Source: Chloroflexota bacterium (GTDB lineage Bacteria; Chloroflexota; Dehalococcoidia; Lucifugimonadales; JADFKI01). Taken from it: a stretch of DNA of 64,000 bases. Of the stretch, positions 1 through 9,229 are shown one piece after another. Within the stretch, counting starts at the first letter, position 1. Every line of letters begins with the position of its first letter. The notes beneath the pieces are model-generated. The model was not told the DNA's origin. It saw nothing but the letters and a program-made list of their open reading frames with translations, and made no database searches. The stretch lies in contig JAQBUT010000004.1 in the NCBI GenBank assembly GCA_027623195.1, forward strand, positions 85,308 through 149,307. Reading direction: 5' to 3'. The position numbers and the translations under genes are program-made.

Positions 1-518
1 TCCGGTATAAGGGCGACATAAACGAATAGAGTACTACCGATCAGGTAGGTCATCACGGCGCTGGGGTCCCAGACAAAGGGAGAGCGAATGTTCATGAAAA
101 GGCCGCGAGAGAAGTCGTAAGGGTAAACCCAGAACAGCCTCCACGGCCTGCCAACGTGGAACATGATGTTGGACAGCGCTGCCATCAGCGAGAATATCGT
201 CATAACTTCAGCTACGCGCGTAACTGGCCTACGCCACTCAGCCTGAGTGAGGCGCAGAATAGCGGAAATCATAATACCGGCGTGGCTAATACCAATCCAG
301 AAGACGAAATTGGTGATGTAGAATCCCCACAAAACCGGCCTGTTAAGGCCAGTAACGCCGAGACCCTTATTTATCTCATAGCCATAAGCGCCAATTCCTG
401 TGGCAATAACAAGCAACAGGAATCCGACTGCCCCGAGCCACCACTTGGGCATACCTAATACGCCGGCCAGGAGATCGTCGTTTATCTTTTTCTGACTAAG
501 TTGGACGTGTTCCTGCAT
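1..518 (-). CDS. actC: Alternative complex III/Qrc NrfD-family membrane subunit (ActC-like), runs off the left window edge
   Basis: Not in the ORF track. Manual translation from ATG at 518 (GGAG RBS) gives MQEHVQLSQKKINDDLL...WGFYITNFVFWIGISHAGIMISAILRL...WRRPVTRVAE...HVGRPW, typical ActC/NrfD motifs. Confidence 0.88.
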   Translation of the reverse strand, partial: MQEHVQLSQKKINDDLLAGVLGMPKWWLGAVGFLLLVIATGIGAYGYEINKGLGVTGLNRPVLWGFYITNFVFWIGISHAGIMISAILRLTQAEWRRPVTRVAEVMTIFSLMAALSNIMFHVGRPWRLFWVYPYDFSRGLFMNIRSPFVWDPSAVMTYLIGSTLFVYVALIP

Positions 519-551
519 TTAGCAGCTACTCCACCCTCGGCATGTTTTGAA

Positions 552-2000
552 TTATCTAGGTTTGCCCAGCACGAGGACTTCAGTTCGATGATATGCCTTG
601 TGCAATTTGTAAAGCATTAACTCTTTTTGTTCCCATATGCTTACGGGTGGAATCAACCTGGCGGCGAGCAAATAGAACAGCACTGCGCCCCCAATTACTC
701 CGAGCACGATCAATACATCCGGGACACCGGGCATATTAGCCGCGGGTATCGAATCAAAAGGTATCTCGTGCTTGTCCACCCTGTAATCACCAACGCCCGG
801 GTAAGACCAGGCCGCCACGTATAGACGAAGCCTGTCGAAGAAGGTCCCGGCGAGAACGGCGACCGACATAATAGTAGGACCCCAGAAGCTCTTTCGAACG
901 CGGTTCCACATCATCACCAGAAGCGGTGTCACAAAGCTTAGTATGAAACCCGCCATGAACGCAGGCTGATAAGACCCAACCATGAGATATTTAAGAACGG
1001 CCTGCTCACTAGGCTTCTTTCCGTACCAGAAGACATTAAAGCTAGAGAACCAGAACCAGAACCACAACAAGGACAAAGCAAAGAGCAGCTTGCTCATCGC
1101 CCAGAACTGGTCCAATGTAAAGTAGTCCTCGTACCCTCCGAATTTTCGAAGGAAGAACATGGTCAAAATTACAGTTGCGACGCCTGCCTGCAATGAGTTA
1201 GCAGCGTGAGTCAGCGGATAAAGCGAGTCTATCCAGCCTGGCACCAGCGTCATCAGAAAGTCCGTGCTCACCAAGTAGTGCACAAACACCAGCATCATGA
1301 AATATAACGCGCCAACAATGCCCATGCGATGGTGAAGCATATTCCATTGTTCCGTGGTCCCAATCCATCGTCCGGAAAGACGAGCGGACCATTTCTGCTT
1401 CCACCCGGTACTATGCTCACGCATCAGGGCAAGATCCGGCATTGCTGATAGCCAAAGCAGCATAATGCCAAGCGCTGCTAACGACAGTAGAGCTGCCGTA
1501 GTCCATATATGCGGGGAATACACCGGCACCTTGCTAAAGAACGGGTCGTCGGAGTTATAAAACCAAAGGCTACGGCGTCCGTCGGTTAGCGGCGGCAATA
1601 TCCACAGCATGGGAATAAACAGCAAAAGACTGAAAATACCAGCAGCCGACCAGAGTTCAGCTACACGGGAGACTGGCCTACGCCAATGTGCGTTTGCCAA
1701 CCTGGGCGCAATCGCGACCATCGGCGCGGCTGACGCGGTTGTGAGAATGAAGCTAAACATCATGGCGTAGTAGGCCCACACCATCCTGTCACTCACGCCG
1801 TCATTTACCCTCATCACAAAGCCGATGACGCCAAGCACTAGCAGAAACCCAGCAGCAGCTACACCGCTCAACCACTTGTCGCTGATCTTGTCATGTTTGG
1901 TTACGAGGTCGTTCACCACCTCCCTTTGGGAAGTGAACGGCACATACATACCTTCTGCATGATGCTCTTCGTTATGACCGCTGGCGTTGTGACTAGCCAT
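552..2000 (-). CDS. Second NrfD/PsrC-family membrane subunit (ActF-like paralogue)
   Basis: About 10 TM helices and WRRPVSRVAE motif shared with the ActC-like gene; likely start ATG 2000 overlapping the upstream stop. Confidence 0.8.
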   Translation of the reverse strand: MASHNASGHNEEHHAEGMYVPFTSQREVVNDLVTKHDKISDKWLSGVAAAGFLLVLGVIGFVMRVNDGVSDRMVWAYYAMMFSFILTTASAAPMVAIAPRLANAHWRRPVSRVAELWSAAGIFSLLLFIPMLWILPPLTDGRRSLWFYNSDDPFFSKVPVYSPHIWTTAALLSLAALGIMLLWLSAMPDLALMREHSTGWKQKWSARLSGRWIGTTEQWNMLHHRMGIVGALYFMMLVFVHYLVSTDFLMTLVPGWIDSLYPLTHAANSLQAGVATVILTMFFLRKFGGYEDYFTLDQFWAMSKLLFALSLLWFWFWFSSFNVFWYGKKPSEQAVLKYLMVGSYQPAFMAGFILSFVTPLLVMMWNRVRKSFWGPTIMSVAVLAGTFFDRLRLYVAAWSYPGVGDYRVDKHEIPFDSIPAANMPGVPDVLIVLGVIGGAVLFYLLAARLIPPVSIWEQKELMLYKLHKAYHRTEVLVLGKPR

Positions 2001-2751
2001 GAACCTCATGTTCCTCGGCCGTCTTGTCGACCTTCTTTAGGTATACAACATTAGGATGTGTGCCCAAATGCTCAAGCATATGGTAGCCTCTGCCGCCAGG
2101 ACGCGATCCGGCAGGCTGCTTGAGCTCCTCTTTGGACTGTTTTGAAATCGCGCTATCTGAGTCATCAAGGTTACCGAACGTTAGCGCATGGGTCGGGCAA
2201 GCGTTCACGCAAGCCGGACTCATACCCCTATCGCCGTCTTCGACCTCTTGGCCATCCTTGGCGGCCTCTCGAGTCGAGCGACGAATTCGCTGAATACAGA
2301 AGGTGCACTTTTCCATGATGCCCCTGCTTCGCACGGTGACATCCGGGTTTAGCTGATTTTTAAGGCTCTCAGGCCACTCAGGCTCCCAGAAATTGAAGAA
2401 CCTTGCCTGATATGGGCAGTTGTTGGCGCAGAACCTGGTGCCAATGCAGCGGTTGTAGACCTGAACATTCAGGCCTTCGCTGTTGTGATACGTCGCGTAT
2501 ACAGGGCATACGGGCTCACATGGAGCGTCATCGCACTGTTGACAGAACACAGGAACAAAGCGAGCCCTAACATTGGGGAACTCCCCTTCCCAGTAGCGTT
2601 CTATTCGAATCCATTCGATAGCACGTCGCTGGTTGAAGTGGCCTTCCTCGTTAATGGGGATATTGTTTTCGGACTGGCATGCAACAACGCACGCCTGACA
2701 GCCGATACACTTGTCGATATCGACGATCATTCCCCATTTATTCTCTGCCAT
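1993..2751 (-). CDS. 4Fe-4S dicluster protein (ActB2/QrcC/NrfC-like)
   Basis: CIGCQACVVAC, CQQCDDAPCEPVCP, CIGTRFCANNCPY, RGIMEKCTFC..PACVNACP motifs. Confidence 0.92.
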   Translation of the reverse strand: MAENKWGMIVDIDKCIGCQACVVACQSENNIPINEEGHFNQRRAIEWIRIERYWEGEFPNVRARFVPVFCQQCDDAPCEPVCPVYATYHNSEGLNVQVYNRCIGTRFCANNCPYQARFFNFWEPEWPESLKNQLNPDVTVRSRGIMEKCTFCIQRIRRSTREAAKDGQEVEDGDRGMSPACVNACPTHALTFGNLDDSDSAISKQSKEELKQPAGSRPGGRGYHMLEHLGTHPNVVYLKKVDKTAEEHEVHG

Positions 2752-2813
2752 ACCCAGTTCCTCCGGTAACCCTTCTTCACGCCCGGGCCCCTACGGTCTA
2801 CTTGTCACCCGCT

Positions 2814-5063
2814 TTAGCTGTCCAGCGGAGTTATCTCGATAATAAGTCGCTCATCGTCCCGTGGTGGCTCTGTAACGGTGTTCTCGAGCTTGGGAACCCG
2901 TTTCCACTCACCGGTTTTAACGATGTCCACCTTTGTCGCAGCCCAAGCGAGCGCGCCAGTTGTTGAATCCGAACTAGCGTCCAATATGGAGTAAACGTTC
3001 GAGCCACGATCCTTCGCGTACCTGCCGCCTGCGATATGACCTTGCCCAACCGGCACAGCCACAACGTTCGGCGAAACTCCGGGATGCGGGTAAGCCAGCG
3101 CTTCGATACTCCCGGCGTCCGACGTTATTCTGACGACGTCGCCCTCGCTAATGCCGAGTTCCTCGGCAGTGTGCATGTTAATCTCAACCCACGTTTGCCA
3201 GGTGGCAGACGTAATAGGGTCAGGCGTAGCCTGCATCCAAGGCAGCGCCGCGCCTCTGCCATCGCCAATCCCCGTTGTGGCAAAAGGCATCAGGTAAAAA
3301 TCTCTGTTACTGAAACTGGCCTGCGGGACTTCCACTAGGGGTGAAGCAGCAAACACATGAGTTTCCTTTTTCGAATCGTCCCACCAACCGCCCCGCTGTA
3401 GCAACCCGTTCCAGAAACCCTCGAACGTAACGGCCTTGACGGAGCCTCTGTTCTCCTCGAACAACTGACGAGCACCGTCTTTCAGTACGTCCTGGAATGT
3501 ATCACCAGGCAATTCCAGGTCCATTTCCAGACCCAGGGCAACTGCCATCAGTGTATCCCCAAAATTCCTGGTTCCCAGGTGCTCGCCTCTGTGCTCAAAG
3601 AAAGGCCTGACGACCGGCTGCTGAAACCCTACAGTCTGGTAGCCGGGACCAGCATCCGGAATGTCGCTGCCCCAATCTTCCAGAGAGTTGTGTTGAGGAA
3701 GCACGAGGTCAGACATCGCCGTTGTGTCGTCTATGAATCCCGAGAAGCTGACAATCAGCGGCACATTGAATGAAGCACCTTTAAAACCGGTTGCTTGCGG
3801 CAGGCCGTGGAACAGGTCCGCATCACGGACCATGAGTACCTGCACCCCACCGTTGCGCATCTCTTCTGCAAGCCGGTGCCAGTCAGCGAAGGAGTCCACG
3901 CCGGCAGTTACCGGCACGTCCTTAAACGGAGACGTCGGATTTAATATCACCCCGCCCGGCTTATTCACGCTGCCCACAAGTTGGTTCAGCGAGTAAATGG
4001 CAACCAGGTTGGCGAAACCGTTGGTGTGCGCGCCGGCGGAACCTCCGCCAATGGCCACCGACGGACCGTGGCTGGCGAACTGAACCGCCACCTCGTGAAT
4101 CCTCTCAGCGGATACGCCAGTCGCACCAGCGACATTGTCTGGAGCAAATGCTCCCAGATTAAATCTTCCGTTGTTGGTTAGCGCCTGCGCGGCGGCAGCG
4201 TCACCCAGACCCTCGTCAATGATGACCTGAGCGATACTTAAAGCCAGCAGACCCTCAGTACCAGGATTAACAAAAACCCACTTGTCGGCGTTGGCCGCCG
4301 TCATAGAAAAGCGCGAATCGACGTGAATGAAATCGCCACGCTCGCGGTCGCCCTGCCGAAACTCGCCGTATCCCCTGGCGTGCCGAACCGGCGAACCCCA
4401 GGTGTTTAGGAAATCGGCCCCGAAGGACAGGACTACATTGGAATTTTCAATATCGAAGTCAGGCATCGTATCCTGACCAAACACATGCTTGATGGCGCGA
4501 CGTACGGTGGTGCGTTCCATAGGCTCGTAACCCATGTGTCGTCCGCCGTATTTGGATACGAACCGCTCAACGACTCCACCAAGGTGGCCACCCACCGGGT
4601 CTGTTGCCATAACAACCGACGACTGATTACCGTCGTTTTGAATATTCTGGAGTTGCTCGGTCAGACGCCCCAGGGCATCCTCCCAGCTAATCTCTCGGAA
4701 CTGCCCAGACCCGCGCTCGCCAACCCGAACCATGGGCCCGCGAATCCTGTCCGGGTGGTAGAGAGCTTGAAGGCCAGCCTCGCATCGGGCGCTATGGCTA
4801 CCCTGATTAATCGGGTAGTCGATGTTGCCTTCGACCTTCTTGGCGCGGCCTTCCATAACTCTAACAACGATACCCTCGCTGGTTGAGCACTGGCGGCACA
4901 AAGTGGCGTACCAGTTGTCCAGGCCGGTGACCAGGTCCTCAGGCATCTCGACAGGCGCTTGCACGAGCAATTCGTCAGCCGGCACGCCGCATGCCTGAAA
5001 CACTACCGCACCTGCGGCAGAGCCACCAACATAGGTCATAAACTGTCTTCGAGTTATCGCCAT
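2814..5063 (-). CDS. Molybdopterin-oxidoreductase-fold subunit (ActB1/QrcB-like), Tat-exported
   Basis: TRRQF Tat motif with a lipobox-like FQAC; Mo-bisPGD family fold motifs (LYHPDRIRGP, SFGADFL, DLVLP, WVEIN...A..LGI..GD). Confidence 0.88.
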   Translation of the reverse strand: MAITRRQFMTYVGGSAAGAVVFQACGVPADELLVQAPVEMPEDLVTGLDNWYATLCRQCSTSEGIVVRVMEGRAKKVEGNIDYPINQGSHSARCEAGLQALYHPDRIRGPMVRVGERGSGQFREISWEDALGRLTEQLQNIQNDGNQSSVVMATDPVGGHLGGVVERFVSKYGGRHMGYEPMERTTVRRAIKHVFGQDTMPDFDIENSNVVLSFGADFLNTWGSPVRHARGYGEFRQGDRERGDFIHVDSRFSMTAANADKWVFVNPGTEGLLALSIAQVIIDEGLGDAAAAQALTNNGRFNLGAFAPDNVAGATGVSAERIHEVAVQFASHGPSVAIGGGSAGAHTNGFANLVAIYSLNQLVGSVNKPGGVILNPTSPFKDVPVTAGVDSFADWHRLAEEMRNGGVQVLMVRDADLFHGLPQATGFKGASFNVPLIVSFSGFIDDTTAMSDLVLPQHNSLEDWGSDIPDAGPGYQTVGFQQPVVRPFFEHRGEHLGTRNFGDTLMAVALGLEMDLELPGDTFQDVLKDGARQLFEENRGSVKAVTFEGFWNGLLQRGGWWDDSKKETHVFAASPLVEVPQASFSNRDFYLMPFATTGIGDGRGAALPWMQATPDPITSATWQTWVEINMHTAEELGISEGDVVRITSDAGSIEALAYPHPGVSPNVVAVPVGQGHIAGGRYAKDRGSNVYSILDASSDSTTGALAWAATKVDIVKTGEWKRVPKLENTVTEPPRDDERLIIEITPLDS

Positions 5064-5097
5064 TCTCTAAATAAAGCCTCTAGAAATGACCCTAATC

Positions 5098-5805
5098 CTA
5101 ATAATGACAGGTAGTACAGTCAGTCGGGGCACCGTTATCTCGGTGACAGTCCACGCAATCGCCCATCTTCAGGGGACGTACCTGTTCGACCGTAGCCATA
5201 CTGCCCACATCGCCATGACAGACGGAGCAAACCTGCGCCTCGGCAATCTCCATGGTCTGACCCACTGATACGCTGGGGTCAATTCTCAGCGCCTCGCCCA
5301 ACCTGATTTCCCCAGCCTGCTCGTTGGGATCGGTCCATTCCTCAACAACGGTTTTCACGCCTGAGAATCTTCTGATATGAGCTTCGTGAACGAAATGTAC
5401 ATGGTCTGGGACTCGATGCACACGCACCCAATCGATGGGTCGATCATCCGCGACCTGCTCCCGCATATTTTCAATCTGCTCCAGACCATCGCCTACAACC
5501 TGATGACAGGTCAGACATAGTCCAGCAGAGGGTATGGTGGCGGCGGCGCCCTCCGTTACATTCCTGTGACAGAAGGTGCAGTCCAACCCCAAATCCTGAA
5601 CGTGAGTTGGATGTGGGAATGCAATTGGTTGCGTGGGGCCCTGGTCGTGAGCAAATATGACTGGCATTCCTAGCCATGCAGACACAATCCAGGTGAGCCC
5701 TAATGCAATAGCAACGAAGCTACCCAGGCCCACGACACCAAGAGTGCCGAATATAGCCAGTTGTTTACTTGTAGGCTTCTTGACTTGAAAGTCGCCAGGT
5801 ATCAA
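5098..5805 (-). CDS. actA: Membrane-anchored pentaheme cytochrome c (ActA/QrcA-like)
   Basis: N-terminal TM helix; five CxxCH motifs (CTFCH, CLTCH, CSVCH, CVDCH, CTTCH); QPIAFPH and WVRVHRVPDHVHFVH. Confidence 0.9.
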   Translation of the reverse strand: MIPGDFQVKKPTSKQLAIFGTLGVVGLGSFVAIALGLTWIVSAWLGMPVIFAHDQGPTQPIAFPHPTHVQDLGLDCTFCHRNVTEGAAATIPSAGLCLTCHQVVGDGLEQIENMREQVADDRPIDWVRVHRVPDHVHFVHEAHIRRFSGVKTVVEEWTDPNEQAGEIRLGEALRIDPSVSVGQTMEIAEAQVCSVCHGDVGSMATVEQVRPLKMGDCVDCHRDNGAPTDCTTCHY

Positions 5806-5817
5806 AGTCGGTGTTCC

Positions 5818-6108
5818 CTAAATATAGTAATCGGCCCAAAAGTTACGGAGAATTCCCGCGAGATCAATCACCCGGTAGAGAAAGAACATTGCCAGCCCGA
5901 AGCAAATGATCGCGAAGGAATAGAAGGCAATCCTGGCCTTTTGCCAGTAGTTGGGAAGGTGTCCGGACATAACGAATGAAGGTAGAAAGTTATGCCCTAC
6001 AATCATGTTCGCAGCCATCAAGACTACGAAAAGAACCACCATCCAAAGCGAAACCAGTAGTTTGCCTAGTTCGCTCCACTCAAAGGGGCCAAGCGCAGCA
6101 GGGTCCAT
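5818..6108 (-). CDS. Small two-TM hypothetical membrane protein, first gene of the ACIII-like operon
   Basis: 96 aa, two hydrophobic helices, 12 bp from actA, GAGG RBS. Confidence 0.7.
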   Translation of the reverse strand: MDPAALGPFEWSELGKLLVSLWMVVLFVVLMAANMIVGHNFLPSFVMSGHLPNYWQKARIAFYSFAIICFGLAMFFLYRVIDLAGILRNFWADYYI

Positions 6109-6169
6109 TTATTGCCTTGCCTCAGAATTTACGTTTGCTGTTGTGTTCAACAATTGGCTTTATCAGCCT

Positions 6170-6204
6170 GGTGAAAATTATCACAGTGGTTAAGCCGGTG
6201 TCAA
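6170..6204 (-). promoter_or_regulatory. Sigma70-like promoter of the ACIII-like operon with an overlapping Rex/CRP-like palindrome
   Basis: Minus strand TTGACA-16 bp-GATAAT (TG-extended); TGTGA-TAATTT-TCACC (6170-6185) overlaps the -10. Confidence 0.55.
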
Positions 6205-6344
6205 GGGTTTACTAGGCAAATACGCGGCCGCCGGTCCCTAACATTAACTATTCCAAAGCGCCAATAAAAGGATTCCTTTTTGACACAATGTCCACGATTT
6301 TTGCGGCGAGTTTTCCACGGTAGACGCGGACGAAACATGGCAGA

Positions 6345-7535
6345 TCAGTCACGGAAACCTTCCACAGTGTGAGCCTTAAGAAAGTCTTCGTCCAGGTTCA
6401 TACCAAGGCCTGGCCTATCAGACACGTACAGATCGCCGCTACGGATATCCAAAGGGACATCCATAAACTTGTCGTAACCACTCAGGTCGTATCGAATTGT
6501 CTCCAGTTTGTAGAAGTTCGGCACGGTCATCATCACCTGCGCTCCGGCCATGATATTGATTGGCCCGCTGGCGTCGTGCGGAGACACAGGTATGTAATAA
6601 GCCTCGGCCATGGTCGATATCTTCTTCAGCTCGCTGATGCCGCCGGTCCAGGTAACGTCCGGCATGATGTAGTCGGCCAGGTTGTTCTCGAAAATAGGCA
6701 CGAACTCGAACCGTGTATGCAGTCGCTCGCCCACGCTAATTCTGCAGGAAATTTTTTCACGCACCTGCTTCAGGGCCGAGTAGCTCTCCACCGGAACAGG
6801 CTCCTCGAACCAGTGGATGTTAAAAGGCTCCAGCGCGTTGGCCAGCTGAATAGCAGTAGGCACGTTGTACCGACCATGAGCGTCGATAAGCACCTCTATT
6901 TGCGGGCCAACGGCCTCACGTACGGCAGCGGTAATGTCCACAGCCTCAGCCAGCCCTTGCGGACTGAGTTCGCCATCCATGAAGCTGATGTTGCCGTCCT
7001 TCAGACCGCCGTGCAGCGAGTGCATCATGGGGTCCATCTTGAGGCCGCGGTGGCCTGAGGCTACGATCTCTTTCGCGTCTGCCACCGCTTCCTCAGGCGT
7101 GTTGGGCTCAGGCGGATGGGTGTACAGCGCGATGCGGTCTCGAACGGGACCGCCCAGCAACGCGTATATGGGTTTGCCGAGGCTCTTGCCCAGGATGTCC
7201 CACAACGCAATGTCGATTCCGCTTATGGCCGCTGTCGTTGCGCCACGAGTGCCGGTGTAGGTGAACAGCCGGAAGGTCCGCTGCCATATGTACTCGATGG
7301 CCCTGGGGTCCTGTCCCACCAGGAACTGCTTCAGCTCCTGTATGTACCGACCCACCGCTCGGTTGCCCACAAAGCCAGGATAGTTGGTGACCTCTCCCCA
7401 GCCGGATATACCCTCGTCGGTCTCCACTTTAACGAAGATGAACTGTCGCCTGGTGGGTAGCCTTGGCCGGTCACCGCCAGGCCTGTCGTCCCAATCGGTC
7501 TCGATAACATACGTCTTGACGTCGGTTATTTTCAT
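6345..7535 (-). CDS. Mandelate racemase/muconate lactonising (enolase superfamily) protein, sugar-acid dehydratase-like
   Basis: MKITDVKT start, ISGIDIALWDILGK, KMD, DAH, EEP, GE metal ligands; start trimmed to ATG 7535 (GAGG RBS). Confidence 0.9.
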   Translation of the reverse strand: MKITDVKTYVIETDWDDRPGGDRPRLPTRRQFIFVKVETDEGISGWGEVTNYPGFVGNRAVGRYIQELKQFLVGQDPRAIEYIWQRTFRLFTYTGTRGATTAAISGIDIALWDILGKSLGKPIYALLGGPVRDRIALYTHPPEPNTPEEAVADAKEIVASGHRGLKMDPMMHSLHGGLKDGNISFMDGELSPQGLAEAVDITAAVREAVGPQIEVLIDAHGRYNVPTAIQLANALEPFNIHWFEEPVPVESYSALKQVREKISCRISVGERLHTRFEFVPIFENNLADYIMPDVTWTGGISELKKISTMAEAYYIPVSPHDASGPINIMAGAQVMMTVPNFYKLETIRYDLSGYDKFMDVPLDIRSGDLYVSDRPGLGMNLDEDFLKAHTVEGFRD

Positions 7536-7767
7536 GTTTTTCCTATCCTCAAAGCCTGTTTCATTGTTGGCGTTCCCGGTTGCCTGCATCGTTCATCTTT
7601 TCTTGGAGCATAATGCATGCTCGGGCCAGTCGTTCGACAAGTCCCCACTCTGTCGAGGATGCTCGATTGAATCGGCACTCACCACAGCCTTAAATTCTAA
7701 GAAGTGTTCGCCTTGAATTCATCCAAAGGCAGCACACTCAAAATCTTGCCAGCGCAGGGGAAGTGCG

Positions 7768-9048
7768 CTACGTAATATTCCAGCGCGGATGCGCCGCCGC
7801 CTCTTTCTGCATGCGCTCCGGAAGCCAACCCCTTACAGCAGGGTCCACGTAAAAGGTCGGATGAAGCAGTTCGTCATCGTTCTCTATCATTCCCTCATCC
7901 CTTGCCCTGCGCGAAAGCGTTGTGTACGGCAGCAAGCGGTTACCTATTCTCAAAGTAACGAAAGCCGGCTGGGTCTCCCGAAGGAAGTCCAGCTTCTCGT
8001 TTACCGTATCCTCTGTCTCGCCCGGCAACCCAAACGCAATGTTCATCGTGTGCGGCAGGTCTACCGACTTGCATGTGGCAGACGTATCCCGAAGCTGATT
8101 TAGACGTGACGTGAGGTCCTCTGCGGTAGCGCTGCCCTCATTGAGCAGCGCCAAGGAGCACCCGGCCCTCTTCATCAAATCAGCCGTTTCGCCATCGAAG
8201 TCCACAGGATGAATACCTGAGTTCCACCGGATTCCTATACTCGCGTCTATGATGGCCTGACACAACTCTTTTGCGTGATCCATTGGCACATTGAAACCGG
8301 ATGATATGAAGAAGAATTTGCGTATACCGAATTCGGCCTGAATATCCTTCACTTCACTCACAACCTCGGCTACGTCCTTGATGCGCCACTGGTCGCTGTC
8401 GGACTGGGACGATTTCCCTTCGGTGGGGTAATAGGCCTGGGCAAGCTTGGTTATCACCCCTACGCCGAACCCGGAACCGTCATATTTCTTCATGTCCAAA
8501 AGATCAAGCCGGGGCTTACTTTGATAGTTGGATGAAAAACTACCTTCACTAATTACCGTTTTACCGCCTTCTCGATGGACCAGTCCAGGAATGGCCTTGT
8601 AGTCCGAACCCGTGTCCAACTTGTCAAGCAACTGCGAGAACGCCTGCCCGGCGTCGCCTACAACTCCAAAGTCGGCTCCCACATATTCCAGGCACGGGGC
8701 GGGCAGAATGCTGAATGCCGGGCCACCGCAAACCGTGGTGGCACTACCAGCCGAACTTATGCGATCGATTGTCTCCTTCACCGCCGGTAAGTTGGACACC
8801 GGGTTGAAGTAGCTCTGGTTGTCCAGGTTGCGTAGGGACAGGCCCACAACTTCGGGCTGGAACTCTCTAACCGTCGCCTCTACATCGGCGGCCCCATCCT
8901 CAGAAAACATAAGGTCCAGCACCCGCATCTCGTGGCGCGATTCGTCCACACTCGCAGCCAGATATGCCAGACCAATGGGTACAGGGCGCACGACCATCCT
9001 GTCCATAAACCTATTCGTCTGATTGGTGGCAACTAACAAAACTCGCAT
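7768..9048 (-). CDS. Cobalamin-binding radical-SAM-like protein lacking the CxxxCxxC motif
   Basis: B12-binding domain (PIGLAYLAA, VVGLSLRNLD, CGGPAFS) and radical-SAM C-terminal FGLPGET; start ATG 9048 with GAGGAG RBS. Confidence 0.8.
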   Translation of the reverse strand: MRVLLVATNQTNRFMDRMVVRPVPIGLAYLAASVDESRHEMRVLDLMFSEDGAADVEATVREFQPEVVGLSLRNLDNQSYFNPVSNLPAVKETIDRISSAGSATTVCGGPAFSILPAPCLEYVGADFGVVGDAGQAFSQLLDKLDTGSDYKAIPGLVHREGGKTVISEGSFSSNYQSKPRLDLLDMKKYDGSGFGVGVITKLAQAYYPTEGKSSQSDSDQWRIKDVAEVVSEVKDIQAEFGIRKFFFISSGFNVPMDHAKELCQAIIDASIGIRWNSGIHPVDFDGETADLMKRAGCSLALLNEGSATAEDLTSRLNQLRDTSATCKSVDLPHTMNIAFGLPGETEDTVNEKLDFLRETQPAFVTLRIGNRLLPYTTLSRRARDEGMIENDDELLHPTFYVDPAVRGWLPERMQKEAAAHPRWNIT

Positions 9049-9229
9049 TGAGACTCCTCTCGAATCGCCGCTAATCACGACGGAGGATATCATAATTTTG
9101 TTGAGGATTCACCGTGCCGCTCACGCCTTGATAGACGGTTACAAGCGACATGTTGTACGAGGCTTTACCATGCAATACAATAGCGCCGATTCGTCCTGCG
9201 GATAAACGGAATTATGAGAGGATCATACC

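Noticed and set aside
2814..5063. Catalytic formate dehydrogenase or nitrate reductase subunit
   Set aside because: Degenerate FeS motif and ActA/ActC context indicate an ActB1/QrcB-type subunit
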